Shown here one piece after another: positions 28,499 to 36,660 of a stretch of 64,000 nt of DNA. The notes under the pieces are model-generated. The model was given only the letters and a program-made list of their open reading frames with translations, ran no database searches and had not been told where the DNA came from. This stretch comes from an uncultured Chloroflexia bacterium (GTDB lineage: Bacteria; Chloroflexota; Anaerolineae; Caldilineales; Caldilineaceae). Position numbers and translations under genes: made by a program. Location: assembly GCA_963765875.1 (NCBI GenBank), contig CAVXYK010000029.1, positions 111,153 to 175,152 of the forward strand. The letters are read 5' to 3'. Numbering within the stretch: position 1 is the first letter of the stretch; each line of letters starts with the position of its first letter.

Positions 28499-31400
28499 TC
28501 AATCAAAGAATATGGCTTCCCCGCCACGACTTTCCGGGAGGACAAGCCCGGTTTGGGGATGGTAATAGTGCTTCATCCAATCTTCGTCTAACACATGGCA
28601 TACATCAGCGATTGTCTGAATGACACCCAGACTCTGCAAACTCTGAAATTCTCGTTCGTAAATGTTGACGGTGTACACCTGCAACTTGCGCAAGGTGCTA
28701 AACGGATAGAGCGTGTGCCGCAATTCCCGCAGCCGAATTTTCGCTTCTTTATCATACGGAATCACCACCGACACCGTATCGTCATCAATCAACTTGAAGT
28801 TTTCGGCCGCTGTTTTGAAATCGAAATCCAAGCTTCGGGAACCTTTGTCGAGAAAACTTAGAATTCTCCTGGCATCGAAACTGGCTTTATCATGCAGGGT
28901 GTAAAGACGGTCGTAGTAGGCCTCAATTGCCGCAATCGTCGTTGGATCCGTACTGAAATCACGCAGGGTACTCTTGGCCACAGCACCCGTCTGTGCGATG
29001 AAGATCGGCGTGCGCTTGATGAAGTCGGTCTTGGGGTCGAACACGAGCATTTCCCCGATCGATTGCTTACCTTCCCGATTGATTCGCCCTGCCGCCTGGA
29101 TGATTGAGTCCAATCCCGCCAGCGCACGATAGCCGACCGGGAAATCCACGTCGATCCCGGCTTCCATAACCTGCGTCGAGACGACGCGGCAGACGTCCCC
29201 GTCTTCAAGCCGTTGGCGGATTTCCGTCAGGATTACCTTGCGGTGTACCGGACACATCAAGGTTGAGAGGTGAAATCGCCCTTCCCCGACCAGTCCATCA
29301 AACAGCCCCTTGGCATGGCGACGGGTGTTGACAATACACAAAACCTGGCGCTGCGCTTCAAGCTTCTCCAGTAACTCTTGATCGGGCAGAGTTCCCAGTT
29401 CCTTCACCTGTACACGGCGATAGAAATCGAACAACTGTTGGGGATTGGGAGCCAGTTCCGTAAACTGCGTACTGTCTGGGAAGAATCGCTGCAAAGATGG
29501 TTGCGTGGCTGTGCAAAAGACTGTGCTGACTCCGTAATTATGCACCAATTCCTGAACAGCCGATAGGCTGGGTGTCATGTATTCTCGCGGCAGCGTTTGA
29601 GCCTCATCGAAAATGATCACGCTCTTGGCGATGTTGTGCAGTTTGCGCGCCCGTGATTTCTTGCTGGCAAACAGGGACTCGAAGAACTGCACATTGGTCG
29701 TAACCACGATAGGGATGTCCCAGTTCTCGGCAGCCAATCTCAGCTTCTCATGTACGTCGTTGGTCTCATCGTCTGATGTATGTCGCAGCCCCTCCCAATC
29801 AAAATTGGAATGGTGCTCCAAGATGTTTTCCTCTCCCAGTATGCCCAATGACTCCCTAAACACCGCAGCGTTTTGTTCAATGATGCTGGTAAAGGGAATG
29901 ACATAGATGACTCGCTTCAACCCGTGAGCAATGGCGTGATTGAGTGCAAAAGCCATTGAGGCCAGTGTCTTGCCGCCACCAGTCGGCACGGTCAAGGTGA
30001 AAAAGCCCGGATCTTGGTTGGCTTTAGCCCGGCAGGCGTGCAGGGTTTCGGTACGCTTGCGGTTGATGGGCGTTTGCGGATCCTCGAAACGCTGCAAATA
30101 TCGGTTGAATTGCTCAGCCAATGCCTCGATACTGGCATACTGACCGCGGGGCTTTTCGACCTCTTGCATATACCGTTCAGTGTCCAGCCAGTCGGCATCC
30201 ACCAAGGTAGAGAACAACATGCGCGTCAAGAAGGATATTGAAAAGCCTGGATATTCACGATTGACTTTTATGTGCAGGGGCTGGAATTGTAGTTGGTTGG
30301 CATCAAGTTCCGTGGCATAGGCGCTGTAGTCTTCCAGTTGTTTCTTCTCCCGCCGCGCCAGAAGGGTTCCATCCGCTTCCGTATCACCAAGGCTGCCATA
30401 GTCGGGCAGACCAGAATGGTGCCCAGCGATGCAGTAGGACAGTAACTCGGCATAGGTGTTATCGGGCTTTGCGGGGAATAGGCTGACTATTTCCCGTGCG
30501 CCGGCAGTAGCATGATCGACTCGCTTGTTCGAGCCGCGCAACCGATCCTGAAAAGCCTGCGAGTATTTGCCAATGTCGTGCAAAATCCCAGCTACTCGTG
30601 CCAGTTCGGACACACCGGCATCTCGCCCCAGCTCAAAAGCCAGATCGCCAGTTTGGAATAAGTGGTCTCTCAGCAACTGCCACTCTGATTCATCGATGCC
30701 GGGCTTCGAGTGGGCATAGTATCGCTCGTCGAAGGTTTTGAACGCTGAAACAGCGTACAACTCAGCCAGCTGTCGTGCTTCTCGAATCAGCGACTCCCGC
30801 AATTTTACCGGCTCCAACACTTCGACTTTGCTGCCCCACCCGCGTATCCACGGCAACATCTCCTGCGGTTCGGCTACCCAAGCCCGCCAGAGCAGACTGC
30901 CGTCCGCTTCCAACACGGTCTGCTGCGACTGATGCCAGCGCGTCTCCTCCACCCGCTTGGCCACGCGTGGATGGAACTTGAGCACCACCTCCACCGGCTC
31001 GGCCTCCGTGTACCAGATGCCCCAGGCGTTAGCGAGCTTGGCACGCGGGTCAAAATCATCAGGAATCTCATAGCTGTCTCGGAGAATCTCGGCCGAGCGC
31101 AGCCGCTCCACCTTGAAAGTGCGCACAGCGCTTGGCGGCTCACGCCAGCCGATGACGTGTGCAGTCTGACCGACGGCATACGGTTCGATGAAGTAGGGCG
31201 AAAAGGTGTACTCAAAGACCCGCCCGTCTTCCATCTGGTGACTCACCTTCACCTTGCGCCCCACGGACCACGCCTCGGTCAGCTTCTGCAGCACGTCCAG
31301 GTAGACCGGATCACGATAGGCCGCAGCCTCGTCCATCATTTCGGCAGAACGCAGCAGATGTCGGCTCACGTTGTTGTCCAGACGCCGCAAGGCCATGCCC

Positions 31401-31729
31401 AGCTTGCGTAGCGACGACGCAGCATGGGGGTTCTGTTTGTCCGTACGCGTTGCCAGCAGACGGGTCGCTAAATGGATGGCCATGATTTCATGTAGGCTGA
31501 AGGACGCTTTGGTCAGGTCGGCCGAGCGGTCCAACTTGAGCTTATTGCCGTCTAGATCATCTTCGTAGATGCTGGGCGGCAGATGATCCTTGTCCAGATA
31601 GCGACCAATGGTAGATCGGTTCACATTCAGGCGTCGGGCGATCTCGGCCCGAGTCATGCCCTCCGGGTGCGCCCAGAGCAGTTCCTCGATCTGCAACAGG
31701 CGTTGTGATTTCTCTTGTGCCCTGTTCAT
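28499..31729 (-). CDS. cas3: Cas3 HD nuclease/SF2 helicase with N-terminal HTH-WYL-WCX regulator-like extension (about 330 aa)
   Basis: Single 1076-codon ORF. N-terminus MTRAEIARRLNVNRSTIGRYL (HTH), VGRKVKVSHQMEDGRVFEYTFSPYFIEPYAVGQTAHVIGW...RTFKVERL (WYL-like). Then the HD domain (AGILHDIGKYSQAFQ, CIAGHHSGLPD), Walker A VPTGGGKT, DEAQ and QAAGRINREG. Confidence 0.9.
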   Translation of the reverse strand: MNRAQEKSQRLLQIEELLWAHPEGMTRAEIARRLNVNRSTIGRYLDKDHLPPSIYEDDLDGNKLKLDRSADLTKASFSLHEIMAIHLATRLLATRTDKQNPHAASSLRKLGMALRRLDNNVSRHLLRSAEMMDEAAAYRDPVYLDVLQKLTEAWSVGRKVKVSHQMEDGRVFEYTFSPYFIEPYAVGQTAHVIGWREPPSAVRTFKVERLRSAEILRDSYEIPDDFDPRAKLANAWGIWYTEAEPVEVVLKFHPRVAKRVEETRWHQSQQTVLEADGSLLWRAWVAEPQEMLPWIRGWGSKVEVLEPVKLRESLIREARQLAELYAVSAFKTFDERYYAHSKPGIDESEWQLLRDHLFQTGDLAFELGRDAGVSELARVAGILHDIGKYSQAFQDRLRGSNKRVDHATAGAREIVSLFPAKPDNTYAELLSYCIAGHHSGLPDYGSLGDTEADGTLLARREKKQLEDYSAYATELDANQLQFQPLHIKVNREYPGFSISFLTRMLFSTLVDADWLDTERYMQEVEKPRGQYASIEALAEQFNRYLQRFEDPQTPINRKRTETLHACRAKANQDPGFFTLTVPTGGGKTLASMAFALNHAIAHGLKRVIYVIPFTSIIEQNAAVFRESLGILGEENILEHHSNFDWEGLRHTSDDETNDVHEKLRLAAENWDIPIVVTTNVQFFESLFASKKSRARKLHNIAKSVIIFDEAQTLPREYMTPSLSAVQELVHNYGVSTVFCTATQPSLQRFFPDSTQFTELAPNPQQLFDFYRRVQVKELGTLPDQELLEKLEAQRQVLCIVNTRRHAKGLFDGLVGEGRFHLSTLMCPVHRKVILTEIRQRLEDGDVCRVVSTQVMEAGIDVDFPVGYRALAGLDSIIQAAGRINREGKQSIGEMLVFDPKTDFIKRTPIFIAQTGAVAKSTLRDFSTDPTTIAAIEAYYDRLYTLHDKASFDARRILSFLDKGSRSLDFDFKTAAENFKLIDDDTVSVVIPYDKEAKIRLRELRHTLYPFSTLRKLQVYTVNIYEREFQSLQSLGVIQTIADVCHVLDEDWMKHYYHPQTGLVLPESRGGEAIFFD

Positions 31730-31817
31730 TCGACACTTCCTTTGTGGTTGGTGGTTGTCGCTGTGAACAACTTATCACAGGGTGCTGCGATTTCCTGCAA
31801 CACCCCGTGAAATTGGC

Positions 31818-32027
31818 CTATTTCCGTCGGCCGAATGGCCAAAGACCGCCACGTTCATCCTGGCTGAAGAGGATACCGGCCTCTTCCATACCCGCCAGCC
31901 GATGGCCAATGGTCGATACCGCTACGTCCAGTTCTCTCGCCAACTCAGCCTGGGTTTTACCCGGATCGCTCTCGACTACCTGCGCCATTGTTTCATACTC
32001 ATTCTTGCTCTTGCGCCAAATACCCAT
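31818..32027 (-). CDS. Small winged-helix DNA-binding protein upstream of the cas operon
   Basis: MGIWRKSKNEYETMAQVVESDPGKTQAELARELDVAVSTIGHRLAGMEEAGIL, an HTH pattern. Start uncertain (track ORF 31818..32051). Confidence 0.5.
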   Translation of the reverse strand: MGIWRKSKNEYETMAQVVESDPGKTQAELARELDVAVSTIGHRLAGMEEAGILFSQDERGGLWPFGRRK

Positions 32028-32587
32028 TTTGCACCTCCATGTTGGGAACAATCGGACTCGTTGTCCGAACTATCCCCAGCATGGAGGTGACATGTTGCAC
32101 CTACTGCAACACGCATAGATCAATTCCGAATACTCATCAAGTTCACCGGATTAGGCACAAGTCCATTCAAATAAGCCGGGATGACCGTTCAGTAGGCACG
32201 CCCACGTGCCGGTCGCTCCCGTGTAGAGCCGCAAGTGGGCGTGCTCACTGGACGTTATTTGAATTGTCTTGGGATTAGGCAGGCTCAAGCGAATGAAGCA
32301 GCAATCCGCTCCATTCCAAATCTGCTGTAGTATTGCTCCTCCAATAACAAACCACGCACTCCGGCAATCGCCGGGTGCGTGGGTCAAGAACATTTCCGTT
32401 GGCCAGAAACTCAAACCTCGCGCGGGAGATACGCATGATCACCCTTTCGGGGTGTGTGGAGCGGACACTCGACGGCGGCGGCAGTGCTGTGCCGGTCAAG
32501 TCTGTGGTGCTATGGATTCAGTATAGTTCTCCTCAAAAAAGGCGTCAATCAGGATTCCAGCGTTGGAGGGTTGTGACCCTCTGAACG

Positions 32588-32683
32588 ATTGTGGGCTGGA
32601 CAACCCGACCTCCGGGAGGTGTCTGAGAAACCTCTGGCTCGTACACCGTTTGTGGGCACCTCCCGGAGGTCTAGCCCCACAAT
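32588..32683. repeat. Long-hairpin repeat family 'ACCTCCGGGAGGT', copy 1
   Basis: ATTGTGGG..ACCCGACCTCCGGGAGGTGTC .. CACCTCCCGGAGGTCT.GCCCCACAAT. Closely related copy at 48133..48233 and a variant at 47001..47099. Confidence 0.8.
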
Positions 32684-32779
32684 TCTTCAGAGAACCAGGG
32701 TTGTTTGGCGATTGACACACATGTTGATGCGCCATATAATATCGCATGAGACATCACAAATTGTTCGAGCGAGGCAAAC

Positions 32780-33169
32780 ATGGCACGATATCCCCTAAAC
32801 CTACCTCAGCAGCTCAAACAGGATGCAGAGACCTGGGCTGGGAAACAGGGCATCTCCCTCAACAAATTTATCCTCTGGGCGACAGCAGAGAAAGTCGGTT
32901 CGCTGAACCAACAGCTTGACGATCCTGCATTTCCGCAGATCACCTACCGCCGAGGCGCAAGCGGTATTCCCACGCCGATTCTGAGAGGCACAGGGCTACG
33001 TGTGCAAGCGGTGGCCATCGCCCATGAACGGTGGGGCATGCAGCCTGCCGAAATCGCTGACGAGTACGGGCTTACGCAACGCCAGATCAAAGAAGCGCTG
33101 GCCTTCTTTGACGCGCATCGCGCAGAAATCGAAATGCACATAGCCGGAGAGCAGCGGCTGAGCGGCTGA
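32780..33169 (+). CDS. Putative antitoxin: RHH/HicB-like N-terminus fused to a DUF433-like domain
   Basis: YPLNLPQQLKQDAETWAGKQGISLNKFILWATAEKV (RHH-like), then RRGASGIPTPILRGTGLRVQAVAIAHERWGMQPAEIADEYGLTQRQIKEALAFF (DUF433-like). Confidence 0.55.
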   Translation: MARYPLNLPQQLKQDAETWAGKQGISLNKFILWATAEKVGSLNQQLDDPAFPQITYRRGASGIPTPILRGTGLRVQAVAIAHERWGMQPAEIADEYGLTQRQIKEALAFFDAHRAEIEMHIAGEQRLSG

Positions 33170-33181
33170 ACGGTTGAACAG

Positions 33182-33535
33182 ATGGCAATCCCCCGGCTAC
33201 ACCTCGATGCAGACGTTTCCTATCGCACCCTGCACATGGCCTTGAATGAACGAGGCCATGATGTAACGCGCACGCCATGTGAGTGGATGCCCATGGATGC
33301 CGATGATGAACAGCAGTTGCTGGAGGCCGGCGCACGTGGGCGTTGTATCATGACGTTCAACATCGGCGATTTCATGCGCCTGGCGAAGACACACCCTGAC
33401 CATGGCGGCATCGTGCTGGCTCAGCAGGTGGACTGGTCGCTCGCATCGCTAATTTCTGCGCTGGACAACTTGTTGACACAGACTGACGCTGCGGATTGGC
33501 CCGGTCAAGTGCGTTGGCTCACCGAGTGGAAATAG
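33182..33535 (+). CDS. DUF5615-like (PIN-like) putative toxin partner of DUF433
   Basis: 117 aa, 12 nt downstream of the DUF433-like gene. HLDADVSYRTL...MTFNIGDF pattern. Family from memory only. Confidence 0.45.
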   Translation: MAIPRLHLDADVSYRTLHMALNERGHDVTRTPCEWMPMDADDEQQLLEAGARGRCIMTFNIGDFMRLAKTHPDHGGIVLAQQVDWSLASLISALDNLLTQTDAADWPGQVRWLTEWK

Positions 33536-33544
33536 AGCTTCCTC

Positions 33545-34855
33545 CTACCCCAACACCCAAGGCCCCACCATATTCCCATCCTCATCAAAAGCCAGCGGCA
33601 CTTCGACGGCAATGGTCAAGCGCGGGTGAGCTTCAATGGTCGCGCGCAGGCTGGGGCTGGCATAGAAGCGATCCAGGGTCAGTGTGTCGCGGATGAAGAC
33701 CATGGCGGCCTCGTCCTGGGGCACGGCGCAGCAGCGCAGCGAGACGTTGAGCGCCTGCCGGTCGTTGGGCATCGTAAGGGGCAGCGCAGCCCGGTACATG
33801 CCGAAGATGCCCGAGGTGACGGCGTTCATGTAGGTGGCCTGCCAGTCGATCTTCTCGGCCACGCGTGCCGTGGTCACGTTGGCCAGGCCCAGGCCCGAGG
33901 CATTGCCGTGGGTCTCTTCGGTGAAGTCAAGCACCGTGATCACGGCCACATCGACCTTGCCGAAGGCCTCAGGCTGGCGCGGGATCATCAGGCGTGAGAC
34001 GATGTTGGTGTCCATGCCCGTGCCGCTGATGTTCTTGCCAAGGTCGCGCACGACCAGGACGTCGACGGCGTCGAAGGGCAGCCCGGCCAGCAGATCCTTG
34101 GCCTCCTGCAAGAGGTCCGCCTCGGGTTGCAGGCCGACCTGCTTGTCGGTCAGGCCGACGATCTTGGCGGTGTCGTCATAGGCGTTCTCGATGGGACAGA
34201 TGGCTCCTGCGAAATTGCTGTGGGTCTCGTAGACTCGGGCCGCCGGCGCCAGATATTTCTGGAAGTTGGCCCCGCCGCCGGAGTGCATCTGCGCGGCGCC
34301 GAACTGCTTGCCCAGGCCGATAACACACATTTTCGACGGGCCACTCTCCAGGTGCGAGCGGAAGTCGGTGTGGGGTTTGATGCGGCTGACCAGAATGGCG
34401 TGGTCTGCGGCCATCGAGTCCTTGCCCTGGTAGAGGGGCGGCCCGTTCTCGATGCGGCCGATCTGCTCGACCTCCATGGTGGCGCGCACCTCTGCGCCCA
34501 CGCTCTCTTCGGTGACGCCCAGGAAGGCGAGCATCTCCTTTTGGCCTTCGGCCGTGGCCCCGCCATGGCTGCCCATGGCCGGCATCACGAAGGGCTTCAT
34601 GCCCGCCGCGCGCAGCCCGTCCACCGTCGCCTTGACAATGGCCGGCAGGTTGGCAATGCCCCGGCTGCCCGCGCCCACAGCCACTGTATCGCCAGGGGTC
34701 ATGCGATCGAGAATGCCGCTTTCATTCAGCGCGGCGATTGTCGCTGCCGCGATGTCGTTCACCTTGGGCGCATCAAAACGCTGCTCCACTTCGAGTAGCG
34801 TGGACGGTAAATTGGCGGGGAAGTCGAGTTGGGAAATTTGGGATAGTAGGTTCAT
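33545..34855 (-). CDS. LarA-like / DUF2088-type domain protein (function unknown)
   Basis: ATG 34855 preceded by AGGAG. MNLLSQISQLDF...VAVGAGSRGIANLPAIV...AMGSHGGATAEGQ. The track fuses it into a 739-aa ORF through repeats. Family call is weak. Confidence 0.45.
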   Translation of the reverse strand: MNLLSQISQLDFPANLPSTLLEVEQRFDAPKVNDIAAATIAALNESGILDRMTPGDTVAVGAGSRGIANLPAIVKATVDGLRAAGMKPFVMPAMGSHGGATAEGQKEMLAFLGVTEESVGAEVRATMEVEQIGRIENGPPLYQGKDSMAADHAILVSRIKPHTDFRSHLESGPSKMCVIGLGKQFGAAQMHSGGGANFQKYLAPAARVYETHSNFAGAICPIENAYDDTAKIVGLTDKQVGLQPEADLLQEAKDLLAGLPFDAVDVLVVRDLGKNISGTGMDTNIVSRLMIPRQPEAFGKVDVAVITVLDFTEETHGNASGLGLANVTTARVAEKIDWQATYMNAVTSGIFGMYRAALPLTMPNDRQALNVSLRCCAVPQDEAAMVFIRDTLTLDRFYASPSLRATIEAHPRLTIAVEVPLAFDEDGNMVGPWVLG

Positions 34856-35356
34856 GGGATCTCCTGTTAGCTGCTGCGTGCTACTTGCTGCTTGCTGCGT
34901 GATTGGTTTTGGTGTCTTGAAGTGGTTGGCGAGATACGAAACTGGTTCTTCGCGGATGTTGTGTTTGTGTTGGTCGGACAGCATGGCTAGGAGCAGGCGA
35001 ATGATTCGGGTTAGGTTGTCACAACGGTGTTCAACGATGGCTGTACCCAGAATATGTCGTGCCCCGAAATACCAGGTGCGTGCTTCTCGGGCTGAACCGA
35101 GTGAATATTCGTAGAATCGAGCCCGGTCCTTCCCTGAGTTCTTGCCGTAGCCTTCGGCAATGTTGGCACCGATAGAACCGATAGCCCGGTAGAGCTGATC
35201 GGAAAGCGATCGAGTTCTCGTATCTCGGCTCAATTTGCTCACATCCGGCCAACTGATGTCGAGGGCAAAGAGTGCAAGTCGGTAAACCTGCAACCGCCAG
35301 AGCGGATCGCCGGTCAAATACGTTGGAACGGAAAGTTCCCACTCGGAGTAGTTCAT
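34856..35356 (-). CDS. Four-helix-bundle protein (23S rRNA intervening-sequence protein / Avd-like family), no in-frame stop before the next gene
   Basis: ATG 35356 preceded by GGAGGTG. LWRLQVYRLALFALDISW...SLSDQLYRAIGSIGANIAEGYGK...RFYEYSLGSAREARTWY. Reads through the left inverted repeat into the 33545..34855 frame. Confidence 0.7.
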
Positions 35357-35785
35357 CGCACCTCCAATCAGGGATGTGCTGCTTGCTGCTTGCTGCTTGC
35401 TGCTTGCTGCTTGCTGCTTGCTGCTTGCTGCTTGCTGCTTGCTGCTTGCTGCTTGCTGCTTGCTGCTTGCTGCTTGCTGCTTGCTGCTTGCTGCTTGCTG
35501 CTTGCTGCTTGCTGCTTGCTGCTTGCTGCTTGCTGCTTGCTGCTTGCTGCTTGCTGCTTGCTGCTTGCTGCTTGCTGCTTGCTGCTTGCTGCTTGCTGCT
35601 TGCTGCTTGCTGCTTGCTGCTTGCTGCTTGCTGCTTGCTGCTTGCTGCTTGTCTGCTGTGCTGCTTGCTGCTTGCTGCTTCTCGAATGAGGATAAGCCAC
35701 AAGGAGGACTTGTCAACCCCGAGACTCTCCAAATGCGGCAGCCCAATCTGAGCGGAAACCTCACGCAGCAAGCAGCACGCAGCAG
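34871..35785. repeat. Inverted-repeat-bounded intergenic cassette A (carries the four-helix-bundle gene and heptamer array)
   Basis: CTGCTGCGTGCTACTTGCTGCTTGCTGCGTGA at 34871..34902 and TCACGCAGCAAGCAGCACGCAGCAG at 35761..35785. Fills the gap from 1 nt after the 35787.. gene stop to 4 nt before the RBS of the 34855 gene. Confidence 0.85.
35377..35680. repeat. Heptanucleotide tandem repeat (TGCTGCT; AAGCAGC on the minus strand), about 39 perfect plus about 4 degenerate copies
   Basis: Perfect 7-nt periodicity at 35377..35650. All frames translate to QQAASSK / LLAACCL, which produces several artefactual ORFs. Confidence 0.95.
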
Positions 35786-35786
35786 T

Positions 35787-36452
35787 CTACCCCTTCACCC
35801 TCTCCACAATCTCCCGCAACAACCCCTCAAAATTCTCCTGCGCCACCTCGAATGCCTCGTTGCTGATCACAAGCGGCGCGCCAAAGACGACGATCTCTGC
35901 GCCCATGTCCAGGGTATCGATGGCTTGCTCGATGCTGAGACCGCCTACGGCCTGGACCGGGATGTCGACGGCGGCGAGGATGTCGGCCAGGTCATCGAGG
36001 GGGCTGAGGCCGGGGATCATATTGCGCTCGTCAAAGCCTGTGTGCACGATGATGTAGTCGACGCCCAGATCCTGGGCTTGCTTGGCGCGGCCGGGCTTGT
36101 CCGGGCAGAGCATGACGTCGGCCATGACCTTGCCGCCATACTGCTTGGCCATCTTGACCTGCTCGATGATGGAGGCGTCGTGGGCCACACCCATGACGAC
36201 CACCATGTCGGCCCCGGCCTTGAACATCATCTCGGCCTCCAGTCCGGCCCCGTCCATGGTCTTGAGATCAGCCACGATGGGCACGTCGGGAAACTCGGCG
36301 CGCATAACCTCGACACAGCGCAGCCCCTCGGCCAAGATGAGCGGCGTACCCGCTTCCAGCCAGTCCACGCCGGCCCTCACCGCAGCCCGCGCCAGGTCCA
36401 TGGCCTCATCAATAGAGGTCACGTCGATAGATACTTGAATAATTGGTTTCAT
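35787..36452 (-). CDS. OMP-decarboxylase-family enzyme (3-hexulose-6-phosphate synthase / KGPDC-like)
   Basis: MKPIIQVSIDVTSIDEAMDLA...DWLEAGTPLI...IVADLKTMDGAGLEAEMMFKAGADMV... Confidence 0.7.
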   Translation of the reverse strand: MKPIIQVSIDVTSIDEAMDLARAAVRAGVDWLEAGTPLILAEGLRCVEVMRAEFPDVPIVADLKTMDGAGLEAEMMFKAGADMVVVMGVAHDASIIEQVKMAKQYGGKVMADVMLCPDKPGRAKQAQDLGVDYIIVHTGFDERNMIPGLSPLDDLADILAAVDIPVQAVGGLSIEQAIDTLDMGAEIVVFGAPLVISNEAFEVAQENFEGLLREIVERVKG

Positions 36453-36513
36453 GAGGAATCCTTTTTGTGTAGGTAGAGTAGATGGGATTGGTGGTCAGGG
36501 TTTGTGAAACTGG

Positions 36514-36653
36514 CTGCTGCGTGCTGCTTGCTGCGTGACAATTGGCATGAACAACAGTCGAATCGATTGGAAACTGGTTGACAAGCCAAAACGATTCCAA
36601 GGACGAATTCGGATACTGCCCGAAGACCTCACGCAGCAAGCAGCACGCAGCAG
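36514..36653. repeat. Inverted-repeat-bounded intergenic cassette B (empty, about 90-nt core)
   Basis: CTGCTGCGTGCTGCTTGCTGCGTGA (36514..36538) and TCACGCAGCAAGCAGCACGCAGCAG (36629..36653), a perfect 25-nt inverted repeat. Confidence 0.9.
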
Positions 36654-36660
36654 ATCCCTA

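Noticed and set aside
34856-35356. A diversity-generating retroelement, because the four-helix-bundle family includes DGR Avd proteins
   Set aside because: No reverse transcriptase gene and no template/variable repeat pair with A-specific mismatches are visible in the window.
33545-35764. 739-aa ORF in the track spanning the LarA-like gene, the four-helix-bundle gene and the QQAASSK repeat
   Set aside because: The N-terminal third is a translation of the heptanucleotide repeat and inverted repeats, which are open in every frame. Clear internal RBS+ATG pairs at 35356 and 34855 define the real genes.
35031-36476. ORFs 35031..35771(-), 35272..35751(+), 35368..35700(-), 35376..36476(+) and 35390..35689(+) encoding (QQAASSK)n or (LLAACCL)n
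   Set aside because: These are artefacts of the 7-nt tandem repeat. The plus-strand 366-aa ORF is also antisense to a well-supported OMP-decarboxylase-family gene.
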